DNA of 39,151 bases from Acidimicrobiales bacterium (GTDB lineage: Bacteria; Actinomycetota; Acidimicrobiia; Acidimicrobiales; SZUA-35): NCBI GenBank assembly GCA_052032035.1, contig JBPEXC010000364.1, positions 1 to 39,151 on the forward strand, in the 5' to 3' direction. A model generated the notes under the pieces. That model did no database searches. It worked only from the letters and a program-made list of their open reading frames with translations, and had not been told where the DNA came from. The translations under genes and the position numbers were made by a program. Positions 25,570 to 32,866 of this stretch are shown here, in pieces. The stretch's first letter is position 1. Each line of letters opens with the position of its first letter.

Positions 25570-26469
25570 GTGACCGATCGCCTCCGCCTCCACCTCGAGC
25601 CCGAGCGGCGCACCGACGACGGAACGGTCGGGCTCCCCGAGGCCGAGCACTTCACCGACGACCACCCTCACCTCGTGGCGGCCGCCCGGATCGGTTGGGC
25701 GGCCAAGGGCGTGGTCTACGGCCTGGTCGGACTCCTCGCCCTCCTGCTCGCAGTGCGGCCGTTCGACTCGTCGATGCCGATCGCCGCCTCCCAGACCGGC
25801 GCCGTCGCGACGGTCGCCCGACAGCCGGCCGGCGCGCTGCTCCTGCTCGTCCTGGCTGCCGGACTCGTGATCTTCGCCGCCTGGCGGGTCGTGTCGATCG
25901 TTCTGCCGGCCGCCACCGACTCCCACACCTGGCTCACCCGCGCCGCCTTCGCCGTGAGCGGCAGCGTCTACCTCGTGCTGGCCTGGACCGCCGTGTCGTT
26001 CGCCCTCGAGTCGGGCGACGCCACGATGCCCGAGGAGTCGCACGCGGAAACGTTCTGCCGGACCCTGATGGCGCATCCGGGCGGCCGCTGGCTGGTCGGC
26101 GTGCTCGGCGCCGGACTGCTCGTCACCGCCGGGGTGTTCGTGCACCGCTCGGCGACCGCCACCTTCGCCGGGCAGCTCCGCCCCGAGGACGTCGGCCCGC
26201 TGTCGCACCGGGGGCTCGTGCTCCTCGGCCAGATCGGCTGGCTCGGGCGGGCTGCGATGATGGGGCTGATCGGTGTCGTGCTCGTGCGCGCCGCCTGGCT
26301 CTTCGACCCCGCCGAAGCTGCCGGGCTCGACGGCGCCCTGCGGGAGGCCACCACCTCCGTGCCGGGCACGGTGGTGGCGCTCGTCGTCGCCGTCGGACTC
26401 CTCGTCTACGGCCTGTTCTGCGTGCTCAGCGCCTCGCACCGGCTCCTGGTCGCCGCCGACGAGTGTTGA
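25570..26469 (+). CDS. DUF1206 domain membrane protein
   Basis: Three repeats of paired TM helices. The first begins RIGWAAKGVVYGLVGLLAL. GTG start. Confidence 0.75.
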   Translation: MTDRLRLHLEPERRTDDGTVGLPEAEHFTDDHPHLVAAARIGWAAKGVVYGLVGLLALLLAVRPFDSSMPIAASQTGAVATVARQPAGALLLLVLAAGLVIFAAWRVVSIVLPAATDSHTWLTRAAFAVSGSVYLVLAWTAVSFALESGDATMPEESHAETFCRTLMAHPGGRWLVGVLGAGLLVTAGVFVHRSATATFAGQLRPEDVGPLSHRGLVLLGQIGWLGRAAMMGLIGVVLVRAAWLFDPAEAAGLDGALREATTSVPGTVVALVVAVGLLVYGLFCVLSASHRLLVAADEC

Positions 26470-26479
26470 GCGGGCCTCC

Positions 26480-26893
26480 TCAGGCGTCGGCGTCGAGTTG
26501 GGCGATCAGCTTCTTGGTGGCGGTGCGGCGGTAGCTGGCGTCGAGGAGCTCGGCGATCTCGCCCCAGTCGGTGGCGTCGTCGAGGTCGAGGCCGACCCAC
26601 CCCGACGGACCGAGGTAGGCCGGCACGTAGCACCGGGGGTCCTGGGCGAGGGAGATGGCGTCGTCCGGGTCGGGCAGCACCAGCAACGACTGCGTGCGCT
26701 GGATCCACTCGCCGTCGACCTTGAGCGACCCGCCGTAGTAGGCGAACACCTTCTTGGTGAAGAAGGCCGGATGACCGTGGGAGATCTTCTCGTCGGCCGA
26801 CGGCATGGCCAGCGCGAGCTCGCGGACCTTGGCTAACAGCGGATCGTCGTCGTCGAACATCCTCGGGTGCGCCACAGCCCGATCGTAGGTCAA
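26480..26893 (-). CDS. MmcQ/YjbR family protein
   Basis: LALAMPSADEKISHGHPAFFTKKVFAYYGG is typical of the family. Start is TTG 26893 or ATG 26860. Confidence 0.75.
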   Translation of the reverse strand: MTYDRAVAHPRMFDDDDPLLAKVRELALAMPSADEKISHGHPAFFTKKVFAYYGGSLKVDGEWIQRTQSLLVLPDPDDAISLAQDPRCYVPAYLGPSGWVGLDLDDATDWGEIAELLDASYRRTATKKLIAQLDADA

Positions 26894-26903
26894 CCCGCCG
26901 GGG

Positions 26904-27629
26904 TCAGTCCTCGGCGAGGCTGGCCTTGAGGACCACCTGGCCCGACGACGCCTCGGCGGCCTCGGGCTGGAGGGTGACCGTGATCAGCGGATAGTCGGCC
27001 GGGTCGACCCCGGCCCAGAGCTCGACCTCGCCGTCGCCCCCGCGGAGGTGGAACGTTCCGGCGCTCACCCCGACCTCGGGGCTCTTGCGCAGCCACGCCT
27101 CGTAGTAGAAGCCGTCGGGTGCCGGTTCGAGACCGGTGACCGACAGGTCGATGCGGGTGCCGAGCTGGCCGACCACGACGGTGGCCTCGGCGCTGGCGGT
27201 CGGGGCGAGGTCGGTTCCGGTGAGGGTGAGCTCGGCGCCGGCGACCTCGCTGGCGTCGCCGCCGTCGCGCACCGCCTGGACGGCGCTCCAGCTGAGCAGG
27301 GCGAACAGGGCGCCGGCGGCGGCCGACACAAGGGTGGGGCCGAGCGACCAGCGTCGGCCGGCGGTCGTGCGCTGGGCGCGCTCGGCCCGCTCGGAGCGGG
27401 CCGAGGCGAAATCGACGACCGTGGCGGAGGTGTCGGCACCGCCGATCTCGCCGGTCTCGCCGATCTCGCCGGACTGGCCGGTCTCGGCGGCGATCATCGC
27501 CACGATCGCGTCGGCGTCGGCCGGGTCGGGATCGGCCCACAGGTCGGGGTCGGCGAGCAGCTCGTCGAGGAGGGCGTCGCTGAGGAGATCGTCGTCGGAG
27601 ATGTCGGGGCGTGGGTCGTCGGGCGTCAT
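26904..27629 (-). CDS. anti-sigma factor, RskA (anti-sigma-K)-like
   Basis: ATG at 27629 (MTPDDPRP...) follows AAGGAC. It has an acidic N-terminus, one TM helix (WSLGPTLVSAAAGALFALLSWSAV) and a C-terminal RskA-type domain (FYYEAWL...YPLITVTLQPE). Confidence 0.8.
   Translation of the reverse strand: MTPDDPRPDISDDDLLSDALLDELLADPDLWADPDPADADAIVAMIAAETGQSGEIGETGEIGGADTSATVVDFASARSERAERAQRTTAGRRWSLGPTLVSAAAGALFALLSWSAVQAVRDGGDASEVAGAELTLTGTDLAPTASAEATVVVGQLGTRIDLSVTGLEPAPDGFYYEAWLRKSPEVGVSAGTFHLRGGDGEVELWAGVDPADYPLITVTLQPEAAEASSGQVVLKASLAED
27441..27476 (-). repeat. in-frame 18-bp tandem repeat inside the anti-sigma gene (GEIGET/GEIG)
   Basis: GCCGATCTCGCCGGTCTC / GCCGATCTCGCCGGACTG on the + strand. 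Confidence 0.7.
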
Positions 27630-27645
27630 GGGGAGTCCTTGCAGT

Positions 27646-28269
27646 TCATCGGCCCTCACCACCCTCTACGACCGAACCGGCCGAAGAGTTCGCGGAAATG
27701 TCGGATTCCTCGTGGGAGGGAGCCGACCGGAGGTGCCGCAGCGCTGCCGCCAGCCGCTTGTGGGCCTTCGCCGAACGGGACTTGACCGTGCCGACCGGCA
27801 CGCCGAGGTGGTCGGCGATCTCCGGCTGCGACATGCCCAACAGTCGCTGGAGCTTCACCACCTCGCGCTCGCCGGGCGGGAGGTCGTCGATCGCGGCCCG
27901 GATCTCCCACCGCTCCCAGGTGTGTTCGAACGTGGCCCCGGTCGCGGCCGGCACGGTGTCGGTCACGGCATCGAGGTCGGTGAGGGTGACCCCACCGCGG
28001 GTCTCGCGACGCAGCACGTCGATCGCGGTGCGTCGGGCGATCGAGTAGAGCCACGGTGCGAGGTCGCGCTGACCCTCGAAGGTGGCGGCGGCGCGCCACG
28101 CCTTCACGAAGGTCTGCTGCACCACCTCCGACACCAGCTCGGGGTCGCGCACGACCGAGCGGGCCACCGTGCCGACCGGGCCGGCGTAGCGGGCGTGCAC
28201 CTCACGGATCGCCGCTTCCTCGCCGCGGCGGAACCGCTCGCCGAGCTCGATCACCTCGGCGTCGGTCAT
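27646..28269 (-). CDS. ECF-type sigma-70 family RNA polymerase sigma factor (SigK-like)
   Basis: Region 2 (VVQQTFVKAWRAAATFEGQRDLAPWLYSIARRTAIDVLRR) and region 4 (EREVVKLQRLLGMSQPEIADHLGVPVGTVKSRSAKA) are present. Start is ATG 28269 or GTG 28284. Confidence 0.85.
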   Translation of the reverse strand: MTDAEVIELGERFRRGEEAAIREVHARYAGPVGTVARSVVRDPELVSEVVQQTFVKAWRAAATFEGQRDLAPWLYSIARRTAIDVLRRETRGGVTLTDLDAVTDTVPAATGATFEHTWERWEIRAAIDDLPPGEREVVKLQRLLGMSQPEIADHLGVPVGTVKSRSAKAHKRLAAALRHLRSAPSHEESDISANSSAGSVVEGGEGR

Positions 28270-28309
28270 CGCGTCGCCGGCCACCCGGAAAAGAATTTCG
28301 ACGAATCGC

Positions 28310-28334
28310 GAACCGCCGGCACCCGGCCAGCGTA
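28310..28334 (+). promoter_or_regulatory. candidate ECF-type promoter GAAC-N17-CGTA upstream of the cupredoxin operon
   Basis: A pattern match only, about 60 nt upstream of the ATG at 28393. I did not find the published M. tuberculosis SigK consensus as I recall it. Confidence 0.25.
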
Positions 28335-28392
28335 CTGGCCATCGAGAACGAGTTACGAACGCCGCTCACCGCAGCGGCCGGAGGCACTTCCG

Positions 28393-29013
28393 ATGACCGA
28401 CCTGTCCAACTTCCCACCCCCACAGCCCGGCACCGCCGCCCACCAGCCCGTGGGCCCCCAGGTCGCCGCCCGACCCAGCCCGGTGGCCGGCCTGCTCCCC
28501 TTGCTGGCCATCGGCGCTGCGGTCTCGGTGAGCCTGGGCGTCTACGGCCGGGTCCACACCCCGACCGGTCAGGGCATCGTCACCTTCGGCTTCCCGGCGG
28601 TGCTGCCGATGAAGGCCTGGTTCGCCACCTTCGCCGCCACCCTCGCCCTCGGGCAGGTCGCCTCGGCGCTGTGGATGTGGCACCGGCTCCCCGGTGCCGG
28701 CGCCCCGCCCGCCTGGGTCGCTCCACTCCACCGCTGGCTCGGCACGGCGGCCTTCCTGTTCACCCTCCCGGTCGCCTACCACTGCCTCTGGGCCCTCGGC
28801 TTCCAGCAGACGACCACCCGGGTGCTGGTCCACTCGATCCTCGGCTGTGCCTTCTACGGGATCTTCACCACCAAGATGCTCGCCCTCCGCTCCGAGCGTC
28901 TCGGCTCGCTCGGCCTACCGATCCTCGGCGGCGCCCTCGCCGCCACCCTCACCGGCCTCTGGTTCACCTCGTCGCTGTGGTTCTTCACCAACATCGGCTT
29001 CCCCGGCGTCTGA
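28393..29013 (+). CDS. polytopic membrane protein, DUF6529-like
   Basis: ATG 28393 within ORF 27136..29013. 206 aa with about 5 TM helices and histidines at H55, H97, H113, H130 and H147. The family assignment is from memory of DUF6529 proteins next to cupredoxins. Confidence 0.7.
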   Translation: MTDLSNFPPPQPGTAAHQPVGPQVAARPSPVAGLLPLLAIGAAVSVSLGVYGRVHTPTGQGIVTFGFPAVLPMKAWFATFAATLALGQVASALWMWHRLPGAGAPPAWVAPLHRWLGTAAFLFTLPVAYHCLWALGFQQTTTRVLVHSILGCAFYGIFTTKMLALRSERLGSLGLPILGGALAATLTGLWFTSSLWFFTNIGFPGV

Positions 29014-29026
29014 ACGCTCCCTCGTC

Positions 29027-29068
29027 GACTCCGGCCCTCTGACTCCGGCCCTCTGAACAGGGCCCTCT
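29027..29068 (+). repeat. 14-bp tandem repeat x3 just after the stop of the DUF6529-like gene
   Basis: GACTCCGGCCCTCT x2 (perfect), then GAACAGGGCCCTCT. The stop context TCTGAAC occurs at 29009, 29052 and 29066. Confidence 0.85.
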
Positions 29069-29155
29069 GAACACGGCACCCACGGCGCCCAGAGCGCCAC
29101 CACCCCTGCTTCGACGCGGCCCCAGGGCCGCCCCCGACCCCGAAAGGCATCCGCC

Positions 29156-29617
29156 ATGACCTCCAAGATCACCGCCACCCTCGTCATCTGCGCCGTCGCC
29201 GGCGGCGTCGCCGTCGGGGCCCTGGCCCGACCGGGCTCGAGCCCGCAGCAGACCGTGGCCGCAGCTCCCGCCCCGGCCGCCGAGACCAGCCCCCGCGGCG
29301 AGGCGATGGCCGACGGCTACAGCGACGGCGCCGCCGATCCCGGCGCCCCGGCGCCGGCCGCCGCAGCGCCCGCCGTCATCACCATCGAGGGCTTCGCCTT
29401 CAGCGGCGCCGGCACGTTCCAGCCGGGCCAGACGATCGAGGTCGTCAACGTCGACGGCGCTCCCCACACCGTCACCGCCGACGACGGCTCGTTCGACACC
29501 GGGAACATCGACGGCGGCGGTCGCACCCAGCTGACGCTCCCGACCACCCCGGGCACCTACTCGTTCTTCTGCGCCGTGCATCCCTCGATGACCGGCACGT
29601 TGACCATCGCCGGCTGA
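29156..29617 (+). CDS. cupredoxin (type-1 copper protein), membrane anchored
   Basis: N-terminal hydrophobic anchor. Copper ligand set is GAPHTV ... FFCAVHPSM (H, C-x2-H-x2-M). Confidence 0.85.
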   Translation: MTSKITATLVICAVAGGVAVGALARPGSSPQQTVAAAPAPAAETSPRGEAMADGYSDGAADPGAPAPAAAAPAVITIEGFAFSGAGTFQPGQTIEVVNVDGAPHTVTADDGSFDTGNIDGGGRTQLTLPTTPGTYSFFCAVHPSMTGTLTIAG

Positions 29618-30140
29618 GCCGGCGACGCACCACCCCACCAGCAATCCCACCGATCACGGCAGACACCCAGAAAGACAGCGCAATGACCACCACCTCCCGC
29701 ATCCCGTCCCTCACCCCTCGCCGCCTCCTGGCCGCCACCGCCTTCGCCGCCCTCTCGCTCGGCACCGTCGCCTGCGGCGGCTCCGACGAGGCGGCCGACA
29801 CGACCGCCGAGACCGCCGCGGCCACCGCGACCGACAGCGCCACCGTTAGTGCCGCCGACAGTGCCGCCGCTCCGGCGGCGAGCGACGAGGCCGTCATCAC
29901 GATCGAGGGCTTCGCCTTCAGCGGCGCCGGCACCTACGAGCCCGGGCAGACGATCACCGTCGTCAACGCCGACGGCGCCCCCCACACCCTCACCGCCGAC
30001 GACGGCTCGTTCACCACCGGGACCCTCGAGGCCGGCGACCGGGTCGAGCTGACCCTGCCGACCACCCCCGGCACCTACTCCTTCTTCTGTGGCGTGCATC
30101 CCTCGATGACCGGCACGTTGACCATCGCCGGCTGAGCCGA
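29372..30140 (+). repeat. tandem duplication of the cupredoxin domain-coding segment (29372-29622 vs 29890-30140)
   Basis: The two segments align at an offset of 518 nt with high identity by eye. A 47-nt block (29575-29621 = 30093-30139) is identical through the stop codon. Confidence 0.85.
29683..30135 (+). CDS. cupredoxin (type-1 copper protein), Tat/lipoprotein-like signal
   Basis: N-terminus is TPRRLLAATAFAALSLGTVAC. The same H / C-x2-H-x2-M ligand set is present (GAPHTL ... FFCGVHPSM). Confidence 0.85.
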   Translation: MTTTSRIPSLTPRRLLAATAFAALSLGTVACGGSDEAADTTAETAAATATDSATVSAADSAAAPAASDEAVITIEGFAFSGAGTYEPGQTITVVNADGAPHTLTADDGSFTTGTLEAGDRVELTLPTTPGTYSFFCGVHPSMTGTLTIAG

Positions 30141-30170
30141 CGACACGGGACCCGTCCCACCACCAACCAA

Positions 30171-30187
30171 CCCACCCAACCCACCCC
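30171..30187 (-). other. G-quadruplex motif GGGGTGGGTTGGGTGGG on the minus strand (C-tract on the mRNA strand)
   Basis: The + strand reads CCCACCCAACCCACCCC: four runs of at least 3 C with 1-2 nt loops, inside a G-depleted leader (30151-30203). Confidence 0.6.
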
Positions 30188-30216
30188 AGTCACCACCCGA
30201 CCGAAAGAGCAGTGCA

Positions 30217-31176
30217 ATGTCCCGTCTCCCCCGACTCCGCCCCCTTCCCGCAGCGGCTGCCCTGGCAGCCCTCGCCCTCACCGCCTCGGCATGTGGAGGG
30301 TCGTCGGCGCCGCTCGTCGCCCCGGCCGAACCGGCCCCGGCCGCCGACAGCGCCGCCTCGAACGAGAGCGCCGCCCCCGCCCCCACCGGTGGCGCGATCG
30401 CCGTCAGCCAGGCCGACTCGCCGCTCGGCCCGATCATGGTCGGCGAGGGTGGCCTCACCGTCTACGGCTTCACCAACGACCAGGACGGCGCCTCGGTCTG
30501 CAACGGCACCTGCGCCGAAGCGTGGCCGCCGGTGATCGTCGGTCCCGACTGGGACGTGGCCCCCGGCCTCGACGCCGGCATCTTCAACACCACCACCCGC
30601 GACGACGGCTCGCTCCAGCTCGTCGCCGGCAAGTGGCCGCTCTACTACTACGGCGGCGACGTGGCCGCCGGTGACATCAACGGTCAGGGCAACGGCGAGG
30701 TGTGGTTCGTCGTCGGTCTCGACGGTGTGCTGATCACCGACGACGCCGGAGCCGGGGCCGGTGAGGGAGCGGCCCCGGCCGGCCCGCCCGTCTCGGTCGG
30801 CTCGACCGAGCTCGGCGACGCCCTCGTCGACAGCGACGGGCTCACCCTCTACGGCTTCCTGAACGACGACGCCGGTGAGCCGACCTGCTTCGAGGCCTGC
30901 GCCGATGCCTGGCCGCCGGTGCTGGTGCCCTCGGCCACCCTGCCCGAGGGGCTCGACCCCGAGATCTTCTCGGTGGTGCCCTTCGAGGACGGCTTCATGC
31001 TGAAGGCCGGCAAGTGGCCGCTCTACCGGTTCGCCGGCGACGCCGCCCCCGGCGACATCAACGGTCAGGGCTCGGGTGACGTCTGGTTCGTCGCCGCCCC
31101 CGACGGCGGTCTGCTCCGCCCCGACGCCGTCGCCGCCGCCGACAGCGGAGCGGGCAGCACCGAGAGCGACTACTGA
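30217..31176 (+). CDS. lipoprotein with PF03640 (Lipoprotein_15 / COG4315) repeats
   Basis: Lipobox LTASAC. Four Y-x4-D-type repeats (LTVYGFTNDQDG, WPLYYYGGD, LTLYGFLNDDAG, WPLYRFAGD) and two C-x3-C-x3-WPP motifs. Confidence 0.8.
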   Translation: MSRLPRLRPLPAAAALAALALTASACGGSSAPLVAPAEPAPAADSAASNESAAPAPTGGAIAVSQADSPLGPIMVGEGGLTVYGFTNDQDGASVCNGTCAEAWPPVIVGPDWDVAPGLDAGIFNTTTRDDGSLQLVAGKWPLYYYGGDVAAGDINGQGNGEVWFVVGLDGVLITDDAGAGAGEGAAPAGPPVSVGSTELGDALVDSDGLTLYGFLNDDAGEPTCFEACADAWPPVLVPSATLPEGLDPEIFSVVPFEDGFMLKAGKWPLYRFAGDAAPGDINGQGSGDVWFVAAPDGGLLRPDAVAAADSGAGSTESDY

Positions 31177-31215
31177 GACCCGTCTGCCGCCCTCGATCGG
31201 CTCAGTAGGAGCGAG

Positions 31216-31239
31216 CGCCGGAGCCTTCGGGCTCCGGCG
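31216..31239. terminator. bidirectional stem-loop CGCCGGAGCC-TTCG-GGCTCCGGCG between convergent genes
   Basis: Perfect 10-bp GC-rich stem with a 4-nt loop, between the stop at 31176 (+) and the stop at 31241 (-). Confidence 0.7.
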
Positions 31240-31240
31240 T

Positions 31241-31915
31241 TCACGCGTCGTCGCTCGGATCGGGATAGATCGTCCTGACCACGACCACCGCCACGCCAAC
31301 GCCGACGACCTGGGCGACGATGAACGCCGGCGCCGAGGTCGGGGCGATGCCGGCGAAGGTGTCGCTCATCGTGCGGGCCACGGTGACCGCCGGGTTGGCG
31401 AAGCTGGTCGACGACGTGAAGTAGTAGGCACCAGCGATGTAGGCACCGACCGCGTAGGGCGCCGCGGAGGAACGACCCGACCGCACCACGCCGAAGATCA
31501 CCAGCAGCAGCCCGAGCGTGGCGACGACCTCGGCGACCACGAGGTGACCGGCCGAGCGGTCCGTGGCCGACCACTCGATCAGCGGCAGGTCGAACATCGC
31601 GTTGGCGGCGACGACGCCGAGGACCCCGCCGGCCACCTGGGCCGCGGCGTAGGCGAGCGCGGTGGGCGTGTCGATCCCGCCGAAGATGCGGTCGGCGAGG
31701 GTGACCGCCGGGTTGAAGTGGGCGCCCGACGCCGGGCCCAGCGCCAGGATCAGGCAGACGAGGACGCCGCCGGTGGCGAACGCGTTCTGCAGCAGCTGCA
31801 GACCGACGTCGTCGGTGAGGGTCTCGGCCATGATGCCCGAACCGACCACGCCCGCCAGGAGGAAGGCGGTGCCGATGAACTCAGCGGTGAGCTTGGAGAC
31901 GAGGGTGCGGTCCAC
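31241..31915 (-). CDS. MIP/aquaporin family channel (aquaglyceroporin, AqpS-like context)
   Basis: Two NPA boxes (HFNPAVT, FANPAVT) and 6 TM helices. It lies directly downstream of the ArsR-type gene. Confidence 0.85.
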   Translation of the reverse strand: MDRTLVSKLTAEFIGTAFLLAGVVGSGIMAETLTDDVGLQLLQNAFATGGVLVCLILALGPASGAHFNPAVTLADRIFGGIDTPTALAYAAAQVAGGVLGVVAANAMFDLPLIEWSATDRSAGHLVVAEVVATLGLLLVIFGVVRSGRSSAAPYAVGAYIAGAYYFTSSTSFANPAVTVARTMSDTFAGIAPTSAPAFIVAQVVGVGVAVVVVRTIYPDPSDDA

Positions 31916-31918
31916 CGG

Positions 31919-32308
31919 TCAGCCGGCGTCGGTCGAGCTCGACACGCAGACGAGTCCGTCGCCGAGCACGGCGCACAGCGCGGTGAGGGTCTCGGGGCGC
32001 AGCCGGAACCAGGCCCACTTGCCGCGCTGCTCGCGGTCGAGCACCCCGGCGTCGACCAGCTGGCGGAGGTGATGGCTGACCGTCGGCTGACTCCTGCCCA
32101 CGGCGGCCGGCAGGTCGCAGGTGCAGGCCTCGCCCTCGGGGGCCGACGCCACGATCGACACGAGGCGGAGTCGCACCGGGTCGGCCAGCGCCTTCAGCAG
32201 GCCGGCGAGGGTCTCGGCCTCGGCCTCGTCGAGCACCGAGGCGGACAGGGGGGAGCAGCAGAGCCCGGGATCGGGTCCGGAGGAGTCAGCGGGAGCCACG
32301 AGAAACAT
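31919..32308 (-). CDS. arsR: ArsR/SmtB family metalloregulator
   Basis: HTH SQPTVSHHLRQL, a CxC site ACTCDL, and additional N-terminal CC and C-terminal Cys residues. Start is ATG 32308 or 32320. Confidence 0.85.
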   Translation of the reverse strand: MFLVAPADSSGPDPGLCCSPLSASVLDEAEAETLAGLLKALADPVRLRLVSIVASAPEGEACTCDLPAAVGRSQPTVSHHLRQLVDAGVLDREQRGKWAWFRLRPETLTALCAVLGDGLVCVSSSTDAG

Positions 32309-32344
32309 ATTGACATCCATCGATTCATCCGGCAAGGTCTCTCG

Positions 32345-32362
32345 TATCGAAGAGTGTCGATA
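32345..32362. promoter_or_regulatory. inverted repeat TATCGA-N6-TCGATA in the ArsR/ArsI divergent region
   Basis: Read directly, within an AT-rich 86-bp intergenic region. A further ATCGAT palindrome lies at 32320-32325. Confidence 0.4.
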
Positions 32363-32394
32363 TGATCGACGACGACCAACCAAGGAACCCGACC

Positions 32395-32820
32395 ATGCGC
32401 CTCCAGCTCGCCCTCAACGTCGACGACCTCGACGCCGCCATCGACTTCTACTCCCGGATGTTCAGCGCCGAACCGGCGAAGGTGAAGCCCGGCTACGCCA
32501 ACTTCGCCATCGAGAACCCGCCCCTCAAGCTGGTCCTGTTCGAGGGCACCGCGGAGATGAGGGGTTCGATCAACCACCTCGGCGTCGAGACCGAGACGGC
32601 CGCCGAGGTGCTGGCCGCCGAGGCCCGCCTGCGGGGCGAGGGCCTCGACACCAGCGGGGTCGACGAGACCCGGTGCTGCTACGCCGAGAAGACCGAGACC
32701 TGGGTCCACACCCCCGACGGCAACCGCTGGGAGTGGTACGTGAAGCAGGGCGACAGCGACCAGCTCGAGAACGTCGTGATCGGCAGCGCCGGCGCGCCGT
32801 CGTGCTGCCCGCCGAGCTGA
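32395..32820 (+). CDS. ArsI/CadI family VOC-fold metalloenzyme
   Basis: ATG 32395 follows AAGGAA. VOC fold with vicinal cysteines (TRCCYAEK) and a C-terminal SCCPPS. Confidence 0.8.
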   Translation: MRLQLALNVDDLDAAIDFYSRMFSAEPAKVKPGYANFAIENPPLKLVLFEGTAEMRGSINHLGVETETAAEVLAAEARLRGEGLDTSGVDETRCCYAEKTETWVHTPDGNRWEWYVKQGDSDQLENVVIGSAGAPSCCPPS

Positions 32821-32866
32821 CAAATCTCCGGGAATGTTCGGTGGGGGCGTGGTTGTTGTGTCATCC

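Noticed and set aside
24535-26439. A 634-aa - strand ORF and the 586-aa + strand ORF 24774..26534 overlapping the PAP2 and DUF1206 genes.
   Set aside because: Both are R/G/P/E-rich low-complexity translations. The in-frame PAP2 motifs and the DUF1206 TM repeats identify the real frames.
27136-28392. A 5' extension of about 420 codons on the DUF6529-like ORF, running across the sigma and anti-sigma genes.
   Set aside because: It is antisense to two well-supported genes and its composition is shadow-like. The real start is ATG 28393.
28285-28392. A search for the SigK-type promoter consensus as I recall it (CCATCC ... CCGAAT) upstream of the sigma gene or the cupredoxin operon.
   Set aside because: Only a CCATCG fragment at 28339-28344 was found, with no matching -10 element. 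I report only a generic GAAC-N17-CGTA candidate, at low confidence.
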